From contig LCAH01000001.1 of the NCBI GenBank assembly GCA_000996355.1, forward strand, positions 18,482 through 82,481: a DNA stretch of 64,000 nucleotides, read 5' to 3'. Origin of the DNA: Candidatus Uhrbacteria bacterium GW2011_GWC2_41_11 (GTDB taxonomy: Bacteria; Patescibacteriota; Patescibacteriia; UBA9934; GWF2-40-263). Position numbers and translations under genes: made by a program. Numbering within the stretch: position 1 is the first letter of the stretch; each line of letters begins with the position of its first letter. The notes under the pieces were generated by a model. It searched no databases. It was not told the origin of the DNA and worked only from the letters and a program-made list of their open reading frames with translations. Below are positions 27,456 through 37,725 of this stretch, in pieces.

Positions 27456-27968
27456 ATGAAAGAATTATCTCAAACATCTTCGTCAGAAATCTTGCAGTAC
27501 GGACGGGCATTACTCACCTGGCAGGTTGATGAATATTTGAATCATGAACGTCCGCGGTCATGGTATGTGATTGGGGCAATTCTTTCTGTTGCCTTGATTA
27601 TCTATGCAATCGCAACGGCAAATTTTCTTTTTGCTGTTATTATTCTCATGGCAGGACTCATCACGCTTTTTTCAACCTTTCAATCCCCGGATCGCATTGA
27701 GGTCATTTTGACCACCACGGGAGTTGTTGTCGGTGATGCTTTTTACGAATTTAAATCAATGAAGAATTTTTCCATTATTTACGAACCCCCAGAAATAAAA
27801 GTTTTGTATTTGGATTTTTTGAAGCCGTGGATGCCTTTATTATCTGTTCCTTTGGAAGAAATGGATCCAAACCGCGTTCGTGAAATTCTCCTTTCTTTTT
27901 GTGAGGAAAACATCACTCGGCAAGAAGAATCCTTGACGGATCTTGTTCGAAGACTGTATAAATTGTAA
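27456..27968 (+). CDS. conserved hypothetical membrane protein
   Basis: W..EY..HERPRSWY followed by two TM helices and a beta-rich soluble domain. Confidence 0.7.
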   Translation: MKELSQTSSSEILQYGRALLTWQVDEYLNHERPRSWYVIGAILSVALIIYAIATANFLFAVIILMAGLITLFSTFQSPDRIEVILTTTGVVVGDAFYEFKSMKNFSIIYEPPEIKVLYLDFLKPWMPLLSVPLEEMDPNRVREILLSFCEENITRQEESLTDLVRRLYKL

Positions 27969-27975
27969 GCGTTTT

Positions 27976-28052
27976 GCGCCCGTAGCTCAGTTGGATAGAG
28001 CATCAGCTTGCGGAGCTGAGGGTCGCACGTTCAAGTCGTGCCGGGCGCACCA
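27976..28052 (+). tRNA. tRNA-Arg(GCG)
   Basis: GCGCCCG/CGGGCGC-A-CCA; anticodon arm TCAGC-TT-GCG-GA-GCTGA; terminator follows. Confidence 0.95.
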
Positions 28053-28134
28053 GAAAATCCGTCACTTTAGGTGGCGGTTTTTCTTTTGTGTTTTTTTGAG
28101 GTGCGTTACACTGCTTATATTAGTTATTGTATAT

Positions 28135-28995
28135 ATGGATACTCTTCATCACGAAACATTAGATACTCAAAAAGAACAGGACTGGTTTGACCAATCGCAT
28201 CAGATTCAGGAGATACGAAAAAAAGGGTTGGAAGCAGTTATGCGCGGAGCAACACAAGAGCAAATATTACATGCATTTGAAGGACGAGAAAAAAAGGTTT
28301 GTTGCATGGATGAAGGAATATCTGAAGGAGTCATTCGTACCGCTGGTTCAGGGATTCTTTTGGAAGGAACAGATCGTTTAGCTTTTATCGAGGCAATGAA
28401 AAAAAATAACATCCAAGGAATACAAAGTCATGAAGAATGTGGAGCAGCTGCCCTTTTTAAAAAACAAAAAGGAATCGAAGGGAAGACAACAGATGAGATT
28501 GCTATCGAACACGCAAAACAATTAGCTCATGAAATTGGTGTTCCATATCTTGGACATATTTCCGCATCTGAAATGAAACGTCCAAAAGAATATCATCATG
28601 CGCGTGTGCTTTATTATGATGGAACAGGTCGATTTCAACCACATGCTCTGAATGGGGTATGGCCAAATGGATTTGTAGTGAGTCGTCGTTTTTTAACAGA
28701 GGAAGCTTCTTTGCGGGAAGTTGCACTGGCTTTAGATATTGCATTTGGAGATCATGGATTTGGAAAAAAGTTTTCCACACGAGAGTCGTTTTTAATCATT
28801 GCGATTGGAGATACAAAGAAGGATGGTTTTTCCGCGACTCAAATGGAAGAGGAACTTATGAAATTACAACAGCAATTATTTCGTTCTCGTGATATCAGGT
28901 CTGGACGAATAGAGATTCGAGATTTTTCAGCTCCAGAAATGGAACAAGAAAAAAATATGGACGAATTAGGGCAAGTTGAGTCTGCTGTTTTTTAA
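28135..28995 (+). CDS. hypothetical protein with beta-carbonic-anhydrase-like metal ligands
   Basis: ATG at 28135; CMDEG and HEECGAA motifs (CxD...HxxC). Confidence 0.55.
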   Translation: MDTLHHETLDTQKEQDWFDQSHQIQEIRKKGLEAVMRGATQEQILHAFEGREKKVCCMDEGISEGVIRTAGSGILLEGTDRLAFIEAMKKNNIQGIQSHEECGAAALFKKQKGIEGKTTDEIAIEHAKQLAHEIGVPYLGHISASEMKRPKEYHHARVLYYDGTGRFQPHALNGVWPNGFVVSRRFLTEEASLREVALALDIAFGDHGFGKKFSTRESFLIIAIGDTKKDGFSATQMEEELMKLQQQLFRSRDIRSGRIEIRDFSAPEMEQEKNMDELGQVESAVF

Positions 28996-28997
28996 AT

Positions 28998-31052
28998 ATG
29001 TCTATCCATTTGGGTACGGATATTGGAGAACTTCGTGGTATGGGGGAAGCAGCGGTTCGAGATTGCCGACGTTTGGGAATTGTCTCTGTTTGTGACCTTC
29101 TTTGGCATGTTCCGTATCGGTATGAAGATTTTACGTTAACAAAACCGATTTCACGCCTTTCTCATGATGATCTTGTGACGTTGACCGGTCGGATTGTACA
29201 GATCTCAAGCCGTCCGAGCAAAAATCGACGAGTTCAGTTGACAGAGGCTTTATTTGAAAATGAAACAGGAGGACTCAAAGTGACCTGGTTTAATCAAACC
29301 TATTTGGAACGTCTCTTGCGTCCAGGAATGGAAGTGGCGCTTGCTGGGCGTATCGATCGTCGATTTGGTACAACAACTCTTTTGAATCCGGTTCATGAAC
29401 CACCTGGGGTGAATCTTCAGACAGGAAGAATCATTCCTGTTTACGCTTTATCCGGATCATTGACTCAACGTCGTTTACACACAGCGATTGAAGCATCAAA
29501 ACAGGCGTTTGAGGAACTGATCGATTGGTTACCTGAAAAAATAAAACAAGAAGAACTTTTTTTTGATCTTCCAATTGCACTCAAAACACTTCATTTTCCA
29601 GAATCACAGAATGAAATTTCTGCGGCACATGCACGTCTTGTTTTTGATGAACTTTTTTTACAGCAATTGCTTTTTGCAGAAGTACGCAAACAACGTGTGA
29701 CCTGTCAGGCTCAAATTATTTCTATAGACATTGAAGTATTAAAGACATTTGTTGCAGGACTTCCATTTCGTTTAACAAATGCTCAGCGCAAGGTATCTTG
29801 GAAAATAATGCAAGATCTTTCCAAAGAAGTTCCCATGAATCGTTTGCTTCAAGGAGATGTTGGATCTGGAAAAACTATTGTTGCCGCCTTGGCGGCGAAA
29901 GCTGTTTCTGTTGCCGGGTTTCAAACCGTGTATCTTGCACCAACTGAAATGCTTGCCATACAACAACATCGATCGTTTTGTCGATTTTTTCCGTCCGAAA
30001 AAATTGGGTTGTTGACGCGAACAAACTGTCTGATCGGAGAAAAAGAAGTTTCACATGAGGTTATGCTTAAAACACTTGCGTCCGGTCGCGTGCAAATGGT
30101 CATTGGAACACATGCGTTGCTGCAAAAAGATGTGCAATTTGCCAAGTTGTCTTTTGTAATTATTGATGAACAACATCGGTTTGGTGTGCGTCAACGTCAT
30201 GCCCTTTTTGAACGGGAAGGTGTTTCTGTTCCACATTTACTCTCCATGACAGCGACTCCCATTCCACGATCTTTGGCCTTAACGTTGTACGGAGATCTTG
30301 ATATTTCCGTTTTAGATGAATCTCCCGAAGGTCGTTTACCTATTACAACTCGTCTTATTGTTCCGGGAAAAGAAAAAGAAATGGAACGTGTTCTTGTTCA
30401 GGAATTAAATGCAGGATCCCAAGCCTATATTGTCTGTCCGTTCATTGATCCTTCAGACATAGAAGGAAGGGAATCTGTACAAGAGGTAGCTGAACGATTG
30501 AAAAAAGGATGTTTAAAAGATCATCGAATCGGTCTTTTGCACGGACGTCTTTCTTCTTCAGAACGAGATCAGGTTTTAGAAGCGTTTATCAAAGGCAGTC
30601 TTGACGTTGTGATTGCAACAACAGTTATAGAAGTTGGAATGGATGTTCCGAACGCAACAGTGATGGTCATTTTAGGAGCCGAATGTTTTGGTCTTGCGCA
30701 ATTGCATCAGCTGCGCGGACGTGTGGGACGTTCAGACAAATCATCGTATTGTTTTTTGTGTCCGAAGACGATTTCAGAAAAAATTCAGGAACGATTGCAA
30801 ACAGTTGTCTCCTGTCAAAACGGATTTGTTCTTGCTGAGCGTGATCTGGAGCTGCGTGGAAGTGGAAATTTTTTCGGGCAAGCACAATCTGGATTCCCGG
30901 ATTTTCGTTTTGCATCCATGTATGATGTTTTTGCAATGAAAAAAGCACGCGATTGGGTTCGAAAATTTCAGGAACAAGATCCTGAATATACACAATATCC
31001 ATCTGTACGCGAACGAATTTTAGAAGTATTTGAAGACGTTCATGGAGAGTGA
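28998..31052 (+). CDS. recG: ATP-dependent DNA helicase RecG
   Basis: Wedge domain, MNRLLQGDVGSGKT, DEQHRFG, MTATPIPRSL, QLHQLRGRVGR. Confidence 0.96.
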   Translation: MSIHLGTDIGELRGMGEAAVRDCRRLGIVSVCDLLWHVPYRYEDFTLTKPISRLSHDDLVTLTGRIVQISSRPSKNRRVQLTEALFENETGGLKVTWFNQTYLERLLRPGMEVALAGRIDRRFGTTTLLNPVHEPPGVNLQTGRIIPVYALSGSLTQRRLHTAIEASKQAFEELIDWLPEKIKQEELFFDLPIALKTLHFPESQNEISAAHARLVFDELFLQQLLFAEVRKQRVTCQAQIISIDIEVLKTFVAGLPFRLTNAQRKVSWKIMQDLSKEVPMNRLLQGDVGSGKTIVAALAAKAVSVAGFQTVYLAPTEMLAIQQHRSFCRFFPSEKIGLLTRTNCLIGEKEVSHEVMLKTLASGRVQMVIGTHALLQKDVQFAKLSFVIIDEQHRFGVRQRHALFEREGVSVPHLLSMTATPIPRSLALTLYGDLDISVLDESPEGRLPITTRLIVPGKEKEMERVLVQELNAGSQAYIVCPFIDPSDIEGRESVQEVAERLKKGCLKDHRIGLLHGRLSSSERDQVLEAFIKGSLDVVIATTVIEVGMDVPNATVMVILGAECFGLAQLHQLRGRVGRSDKSSYCFLCPKTISEKIQERLQTVVSCQNGFVLAERDLELRGSGNFFGQAQSGFPDFRFASMYDVFAMKKARDWVRKFQEQDPEYTQYPSVRERILEVFEDVHGE

Positions 31053-31086
31053 CAAATAAGGAGATGAATGCTAAGATCCTGCCTGT

Positions 31087-32976
31087 ATGACACGGACAAA
31101 AAAAATATGGATAGGAGGTCTTATCGGGTTGGGTGTTGCCGGTCTTATTGGCTATGGTTTTTTTGCAGGAAATACAAAAAAACCAGAAATCGTTTCAACA
31201 CAAATACAACGAGAAACGTTGAAACGTACCGTGGAAGCAACAGGAGAATTGGAATCAATCGACAAAATTGATCTCTCTTTTGAAACAGTCGGAACGTTGG
31301 CTGATGTTTTTGTAAAAGTCGGAGATGAAGTCAAAATGGGTGATCTTTTAGCAGATCTTGAATCCAATGAACTTGGAGCTGGAGTGGAACAAGCACGTCA
31401 GGCTGTACAAGTGGCACGTGCAAATTTGCAACAAAAAGCTGCTGGAGCGACATTGGAAGCGGTGAGTGTTGCTGAATCAGCGGTTCGTGCTTCCGAAGCG
31501 TCTCTTCATGCTGCAGAGATTGATTTAGAAAATACACAGGAAGATCTAGTTCAAACACAAGATGTCACAGATGCTCAGATTAAAGAAGCAGAAGTTGCTC
31601 TTGCTTCTGCATCAACATCTTTGGAAAATATTTTGCTTAAAAATACCGAATTGTTATCCGAAGCATCAGAGGATTTGTATAGTGTACTTGTCTCAGGAGT
31701 GATCTCGGTTCGCAGTGCTCTTTCAGATGCAGATGAGGTTTTGGGAATCGACAATAGTCTTGCAAATGATGATTTTGAAGATGTCCTTAGTGTATTAGAT
31801 TCATCCGCTCTTATTCATGCAGATACCGCATACGAAGAAGCATCTCGCAGTATGGATACAGCCGAGACTTCTGTATATGGGCTTGAAGCAACATCTGATC
31901 CGAGTGCGATTGAAACATCAGCTGGTTTAGTTCAAACTGTTTTGGATGATGTGGCAGTGACGTTGCTTTATACGCGCGAAGCATTGGATGCAACTACATC
32001 TGACAGTGCAACATTTACCGCGGCTGAACTTTCTGCGTTGAAAGCAAAAATAGATACAGCTCGAGAAGATATTCAGAAACAAAACGACAAATTACTTACA
32101 CAGGAGCAAACAATTGCTTCATTAGAAATTAGTACGAATACAGATGAAGATACAGCAAAAAATAAAGTCACAGAATTAACCCAATCCGTTTCAAGCGTAA
32201 AAACAGAACAAGCAAGCAAGATGGCGAAAGCGGAAGCTGTTGTTTCTGCTGCAACCGCTGCAGTGGAAGTGGGGAAGGCGGATGTAGAACAAAAACAAAT
32301 GAAATTAGCTGAAGTTCAAGCATCTCCACGTTCAGTGGATTTAGCTGCACTTCAAGCTGCGGTGGAAGAATCCAGGTCCGCACTTGCGATTGCGGAAGCT
32401 CGAATGAGTAAAGCACGTCTTGTATCTCCGCTTACGGGAAAAGTGACAGATGTTGCTTTTGATGTGGGAGAACAGCCTGGAGTGAGACAAACAGTTGTCA
32501 CTATTCAAACAGCTCAGAATCAATTTAAATTAGTAGTTGACGTCCCTGAATCAGATATTACAAAAGTGTCTTTGAATGACAAAGTTGATCTTACATTTGA
32601 TGCATTTGGAGACGATGTACATGTCGCAGGAATAGTTGGTCTTATTGATCCTGCAGAAAAAACAGTTGAAGGAGTTGTTTATTATGAAGTCACTGTTTAT
32701 CTTGTTGATCCAAACACTTCGCTCAATTTGAAATCTGGTATGACTTTGGATGCGGCTATTGTGACTGCACAAGTTGATAATGTATTGACTATTCCACAAC
32801 GTGCTGTGCTTGAGCGTGTGGATGGAACAAAATATGTGCGTGTATTGACGGGTGAAACCACCTATGACGAGCGTACCGTAACACTTGGATTACATGGAGA
32901 CGAAGGAAAAGTTGAAGTCGTTTCCGGATTAAATGAAGGAGACAAGGCTATCTTGACCATTCGTCCAGCGAAATAA
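31087..32976 (+). CDS. efflux periplasmic adaptor (HlyD/MacA-like) with very long coiled coil
   Basis: N-terminal TM, lipoyl-like halves VKVGDEVK and SPLTGKV, long helical hairpin. Confidence 0.88.
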   Translation: MTRTKKIWIGGLIGLGVAGLIGYGFFAGNTKKPEIVSTQIQRETLKRTVEATGELESIDKIDLSFETVGTLADVFVKVGDEVKMGDLLADLESNELGAGVEQARQAVQVARANLQQKAAGATLEAVSVAESAVRASEASLHAAEIDLENTQEDLVQTQDVTDAQIKEAEVALASASTSLENILLKNTELLSEASEDLYSVLVSGVISVRSALSDADEVLGIDNSLANDDFEDVLSVLDSSALIHADTAYEEASRSMDTAETSVYGLEATSDPSAIETSAGLVQTVLDDVAVTLLYTREALDATTSDSATFTAAELSALKAKIDTAREDIQKQNDKLLTQEQTIASLEISTNTDEDTAKNKVTELTQSVSSVKTEQASKMAKAEAVVSAATAAVEVGKADVEQKQMKLAEVQASPRSVDLAALQAAVEESRSALAIAEARMSKARLVSPLTGKVTDVAFDVGEQPGVRQTVVTIQTAQNQFKLVVDVPESDITKVSLNDKVDLTFDAFGDDVHVAGIVGLIDPAEKTVEGVVYYEVTVYLVDPNTSLNLKSGMTLDAAIVTAQVDNVLTIPQRAVLERVDGTKYVRVLTGETTYDERTVTLGLHGDEGKVEVVSGLNEGDKAILTIRPAK

Positions 32977-32977
32977 T

Positions 32978-33703
32978 ATGTCTTCTTCGATTCCGCTTAT
33001 TGATCTTCGTGATGTAAAAAAACAGTATATCAATGATGGAGTTGCAACTACTGTCCTTCATGGAGTTTCTTTTGCGATTCAGGAGGGGGAGTTTGTAGCT
33101 CTCATGGGACCTTCCGGTTCAGGAAAATCCACTCTCATGCATATTTTGGGTTTTTTGGATCGATTGACCGAAGGTGCCTATTTTTTTCGTGGACAAGATG
33201 TTTCTCGATTGGATGATAATGCGCTTACTGCTATGCGTCGCGATCAGGTTGGCTTTGTTTTTCAAGCATTTCATCTTCTTCCTAAATCAAGTGTTATTGA
33301 TAACATCATGCTTCCGATGATGTATGTAGGTGTTCCGCGTAGTGAACGTCGTAAAAAAGCAGAACAAGCGCTTGATTCTGTTGGACTCAGCCACCGCACG
33401 GATCATCTTTCAAACCAGCTTTCCGGTGGAGAAAGACAACGTGTCGCGATTGCGCGTGCACTTGTGAATAATCCATCATTATTGTTTGCAGATGAACCCA
33501 CGGGAAATTTGGACTCAAAATCCGGATCTGACGTGTTGCAATTGCTTCAAAATCTTCATACATCCGGTCACACTATTATTATGGTGACACATGAGTCTGA
33601 GGCAGCAGAACACGCAGAACGCATTATTCGTATTCGTGATGGACTCCTTGTTTCAGATGCACGAGATCATGCGCGCCGACAAGGAAGCATTTATAATAAA
33701 TAG
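32978..33703 (+). CDS. ABC transporter ATP-binding protein (MacB/LolD-like)
   Basis: [30 protein letters not shown]. Confidence 0.94.
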   Translation: MSSSIPLIDLRDVKKQYINDGVATTVLHGVSFAIQEGEFVALMGPSGSGKSTLMHILGFLDRLTEGAYFFRGQDVSRLDDNALTAMRRDQVGFVFQAFHLLPKSSVIDNIMLPMMYVGVPRSERRKKAEQALDSVGLSHRTDHLSNQLSGGERQRVAIARALVNNPSLLFADEPTGNLDSKSGSDVLQLLQNLHTSGHTIIMVTHESEAAEHAERIIRIRDGLLVSDARDHARRQGSIYNK

Positions 33704-33716
33704 GGGGATATTTTTT

Positions 33717-34949
33717 GTGCAACTTCCAGATCTCTTCATGACTGCTTCTTCTTCACTCAGTCGCAATAAATCGCGATCAATTTTAACGATTCTTGGAATT
33801 GTGATTGGAATTGCGGCAGTTATTCTCATGCTTTCTATTGGTCAAAGTGCACAAGGGCTTATTTTGAATCAAGTTGCTGATTTAGGATCGGATTTGATTT
33901 TTATTGAACCTTCATCTGGAGGAGATTCTTCCGGGCCGCCAAGTGCGTTTGTGGAGCAGACATTAAAAATTGATGATGCAAAAGCCTTAGAACGTAGCGG
34001 ATTGTTTATGGATGTTTCTTCTATGATCGTGTCTAGCATGGCAGTCAGTCGTGGGGAAGAAAGTAAATTTTCCCAAGTGACAGGAGTGACAGAAGGATAC
34101 CTTTCGATTTTTCCAGCAGATGTTGCCGAGGGAAGGTTTATTGAACGTTCTGATGTAGATTCATACGCACGCGTTGCGGTGCTTGGAAAAGAAATTGCGC
34201 AAGATTTATTTGGAGACCAAGATCCGATTGGAAAAGAAATTAAAATTAAACAAACAACTGTTCGGGTGATTGGTGTTCTTGCAGAACAAGGATCAAGATT
34301 CTTTCAAAATTTGGATCAACGCATTGCGGTACCAGTGACAACTGCTCAACGCGACATTATTGGATTAGATACAGTGAATTTTATTGCGGCAAGGACGTCT
34401 CAAGATATTGAATCTGCCAAAGATGAAATACGTTGGATTCTTCGAGCTGAGCACGATATTGATAATCCGGAAAATGATGTGAAAAAAGACGATTTTATTG
34501 TTTCTTCTCAAAGTGATGCTGTTGAAATTATTGGAATTGTTGGTGGGGTACTCACGATCCTTCTTTCTTCGATTGCAGCTATTTCATTGGTTGTTGGTGG
34601 AATTGGAATCATGAACATTATGCTTGTCTCTGTGACAGAGCGCACGAAAGAAATTGGGTTACGAAAAGCCGTTGGGGCAACGTATAGTGAAATTCTTCAA
34701 CAATTTCTTTTGGAGGCTGTTCTTCTAACTATGTTGGGTGGAATTATTGGTGTTTTGATAGGAGTCATTACGTCTCGCTTAGCAGCGTCTATTCTCGCTT
34801 CGTATATAGAAGGATGGCAATCGATTGTTCCAATGGAGGCAGTGGTATCTGGAGTGGTTGTGGCAACGACAGTCGGAATTATTTTTGGTTTGTACCCTGC
34901 AAGACGAGCCGCACATCTTGATCCAATTGAAGCATTGCGATACGAATAA
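33717..34949 (+). CDS. ABC transporter permease (MacB/FtsX family)
   Basis: RSILTILGIVIG, GGIGIMNIMLVSVTERTKEIGLRKAVGA, PARRAA.LDPIEALRYE; GTG start at 33717. Confidence 0.94.
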   Translation: MQLPDLFMTASSSLSRNKSRSILTILGIVIGIAAVILMLSIGQSAQGLILNQVADLGSDLIFIEPSSGGDSSGPPSAFVEQTLKIDDAKALERSGLFMDVSSMIVSSMAVSRGEESKFSQVTGVTEGYLSIFPADVAEGRFIERSDVDSYARVAVLGKEIAQDLFGDQDPIGKEIKIKQTTVRVIGVLAEQGSRFFQNLDQRIAVPVTTAQRDIIGLDTVNFIAARTSQDIESAKDEIRWILRAEHDIDNPENDVKKDDFIVSSQSDAVEIIGIVGGVLTILLSSIAAISLVVGGIGIMNIMLVSVTERTKEIGLRKAVGATYSEILQQFLLEAVLLTMLGGIIGVLIGVITSRLAASILASYIEGWQSIVPMEAVVSGVVVATTVGIIFGLYPARRAAHLDPIEALRYE

Positions 34950-34960
34950 AAAGAGAAATA

Positions 34961-34996
34961 AAAAACGAGGAATCCAGTTTGAATTCCTCGTCTTTG
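34961..34996. terminator. bidirectional terminator
   Basis: ACGAGGAAT...ATTCCTCGT between convergent genes. Confidence 0.65.
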
Positions 34997-35011
34997 TTAT
35001 ATGAGACGATT

Positions 35012-35227
35012 TTAGGAATCATCTTCATTTTTTTTGTTTTCATCTGGCAGACCAAGAATTGATCCGAGAGTGAACACTACAATGAAGATGAGGAAGAGAA
35101 TTCCAAGTGTAATTCCCAATCCTATTCCTACGCATCCGCATCCAGTCGATTCTTGATAATAATCTCCTCCTGCACGAGCTATTCCAGAAGAAAGAAAAAA
35201 TATCGCAGCAACCAAATTCTTCATCAT
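35012..35227 (-). CDS. small exported/membrane protein
   Basis: Signal peptide plus one TM; starts 1 bp after the CHAP gene stop. Confidence 0.55.
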   Translation of the reverse strand: MMKNLVAAIFFLSSGIARAGGDYYQESTGCGCVGIGLGITLGILFLIFIVVFTLGSILGLPDENKKNEDDS

Positions 35228-35228
35228 T

Positions 35229-35843
35229 TTAATTTCCTTTTGCTAAGTGTTGCCGGCTCCAACCAGCAACAGGCCATGGATATGGCGAGTGGACATCCAC
35301 CCACCATTTCAAACCATCATGGCGAAGATGAAGGGAGTCTTGCCACAAGAACTTTTTGAACAAATGGTTTTTGTGATGAATCACAAAATTTTGCTGGACA
35401 AAGTGAATGATTCCTTCTTGTACATTCACTTCGGTTATGAGACCGACATGTCCAACTGATCCATCTTCTGGACCGTTATCAAAAACGAGAATGTCATCCA
35501 TTTGAGGTGGAATAGTTCCACCATTTTTGTTTGCCACCAGGTCTTTGTTAAATGGTTCCCAGAAATAGGAGTCTGCATGGCCCATTTTGGCCATATTCTT
35601 GTGTCCAAGTTTTTCAACGTAGGCTCGATTTACAAGCTCTACACATTCAAACTCAAGCCCATATTTTCCTCGATGGCTTGGACCATTTTTGGCGTAAACA
35701 GTCACATTATTCATGGTTCCAAGCACGGCTCCATCAGATGGGAGAAAGAGTCCCCATCCTTGGGAAAGATAACTCTGAACCCACATCCATCCTCCTGCGA
35801 TCAACATGAGTAGCAGGATGAGATTTATGATTCGATATTTCAT
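35229..35843 (-). CDS. CHAP-domain amidase/peptidase, membrane anchored
   Basis: ECVELVNR (Cys), MGHADSY, DDILVF, GHVGLI (His), VQQN. Confidence 0.85.
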   Translation of the reverse strand: MKYRIINLILLLMLIAGGWMWVQSYLSQGWGLFLPSDGAVLGTMNNVTVYAKNGPSHRGKYGLEFECVELVNRAYVEKLGHKNMAKMGHADSYFWEPFNKDLVANKNGGTIPPQMDDILVFDNGPEDGSVGHVGLITEVNVQEGIIHFVQQNFVIHHKNHLFKKFLWQDSLHLRHDGLKWWVDVHSPYPWPVAGWSRQHLAKGN

Positions 35844-36784
35844 TGAGTCTCCTTGCGAACGATCTGTGGATACAGATCGTAATCGTTTCGGAAGTGAAAC
35901 AGTAAACTTTTTTCGAGGACCGCATCAATCGGTCTGTTTATAAAAAACGGAAGTCGCGATGCATGCCGAGGGAAAATCAAATATTTTTGCATCGTCTCCC
36001 ACGGCATGTTGTTCTGAACAAAAGAAATTGTTCTCTCTCTGACTTCAGGAAGGCGGAGTTTTTTTCCATTTTTGAAATGAACTTCCGCAATCCAGACAGG
36101 GAGTAATTTTCCATCTGCAAACAATGCCTCCAGTGTTTCCATGCGCAAAGGATTTTCATCTTTTTTGTGCATGAAGTGGATGGCTTTTCCTTTGGCAAAG
36201 AAAACAAGATGGGAATTGACATCCGGCCCTTCGGTTCGAATTTTCTCCCAGTACACTGTTTCTTCCCAAAGAAGACCAAATATATACACCTTTTGCGAAT
36301 CAAATGGAAAACGTGTGACCTCTTGGATCAGCTCCGTTTTCTTTTTTGGAGACAAATGTCCTTGAGAATCAAAATTTTCTGTGTGATCCCAAACTGTTGT
36401 GAGTTTTCGCATGTTTGAGATCGTTTTTGAATTGATTCTATGTGTCCGAATTTTCCAGGCAGGTGCATGGACAAATTTTACACCGGTGAACAAGTTTATA
36501 TATTTGATCACCGTTGCAGAACATAAATCCTCATCATACTCCCACCAAGGAAGAATGTTCGGTAGTTGTTGAGTTTCCATGACTTGATTCAGAAGCATGG
36601 AGCGCTCTTGTAACGTCATACGACTCACAATGCGCCAGAATATTTTTTCTTCCGTATGAGCCTCAGCCGCAATCGGAAGATAGAGACGCCACACAATCAC
36701 CAAGAAGGTAATAGTGATGCTTGTGAGAGCAATCGTGCGGGTACCAATCCGCACAAGTCGCTGACGATTCATGCGAATTTTCAT
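35840..36784 (-). CDS. membrane-anchored protein, possible papain-like (Cys-His) amidase
   Basis: AGGAGGAG before ATG 36784; N-terminal TM; DLCSATV...APAW...SHLVFF...IH. Confidence 0.55.
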   Translation of the reverse strand: MKIRMNRQRLVRIGTRTIALTSITITFLVIVWRLYLPIAAEAHTEEKIFWRIVSRMTLQERSMLLNQVMETQQLPNILPWWEYDEDLCSATVIKYINLFTGVKFVHAPAWKIRTHRINSKTISNMRKLTTVWDHTENFDSQGHLSPKKKTELIQEVTRFPFDSQKVYIFGLLWEETVYWEKIRTEGPDVNSHLVFFAKGKAIHFMHKKDENPLRMETLEALFADGKLLPVWIAEVHFKNGKKLRLPEVRERTISFVQNNMPWETMQKYLIFPRHASRLPFFINRPIDAVLEKSLLFHFRNDYDLYPQIVRKETQ

Positions 36785-36948
36785 CTGCTCCTCCTGTGTG
36801 GATTTGTATCCGTTTAAAAAGGGCTTTTTCGTCCATGTTTGCAAGACGAAACTAATGGTTGATTATCATGAATTTAAAATTTTGTCAAATATAATAGACA
36901 AATATAAAATAAAAAAGATCCAAGTGTTTTTAGGATCCTTTGTTCGAT

Positions 36949-37635
36949 TTAGATCATCCATTCGTACGGAACGCATCCATAACGATTATCTGGGATATCA
37001 ATTCCTGGGCCAGGACAAAAACAGAATCGTTCTTCGTCAAACTGGGTGATCCAGGAATATGTTTTTCCCATTGTATCAAACCAGAGATCGATTGGTTCTA
37101 TTTCTGGAGGACAGGATTCTTCTCTATAAGAATCTTTCGTCAGTACAGACGGATGACAATGAGTCAATTTTGAACTCTGATCTTGATGTGATCGAAGAAC
37201 AGGAGTTGCTGAAATATTAGTGTTCACGACCGTAATCGTAATCACGATAAAGACGGTAACAGCCATGGCTCCAAGCAATTTCAACATTTCGAAATAACTT
37301 TCTCGTCCTTTTCGAACAGGAAGTATTCTTTTTTTTCGAAGATTACTATCGTCCTGAACAGGTGGAGGAGTAAGCCTTGTTATAATTGTTTCTCCATTTT
37401 TGCCAGAAGAAATTTCAATAGGTGAAGAAGTTTCTGGTCCGTGATCAATAACATGATCATTTTCAAAATCATCTTCATCTTTATCGAGTATTTCGTTCTT
37501 AGGTTCGAAATCGTTATCTTCGTCACAGAATTGAAGAAGATCTGGATTCAGCTCTTCTCCACTCGGATCTAAAACCAGATTTTCATCAGCAGATGTCATC
37601 TGTCTATTCCTTTCTTTTTGGACAGTTTTAGTCAT
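36949..37635 (-). CDS. hypothetical bitopic protein (acidic N-terminus, TM, Cys-rich C-terminus)
   Basis: 228-aa ORF with clear compositional segments. Confidence 0.6.
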   Translation of the reverse strand: MTKTVQKERNRQMTSADENLVLDPSGEELNPDLLQFCDEDNDFEPKNEILDKDEDDFENDHVIDHGPETSSPIEISSGKNGETIITRLTPPPVQDDSNLRKKRILPVRKGRESYFEMLKLLGAMAVTVFIVITITVVNTNISATPVLRSHQDQSSKLTHCHPSVLTKDSYREESCPPEIEPIDLWFDTMGKTYSWITQFDEERFCFCPGPGIDIPDNRYGCVPYEWMI

Positions 37636-37725
37636 GAAAATCGAATCTGAGCGTAATTCTTTATTAGATTTTTGTCAATGGATCGCTTTTCTTTTTGTCC
37701 TTTTTTTGCTAGATTTTGTCGGTAT

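Noticed and set aside
27943-28134. N-terminal extension of ORF 27943..28995
   Set aside because: Runs through tRNA-Arg(GCG) and its terminator; ATG 28135 is the plausible start.
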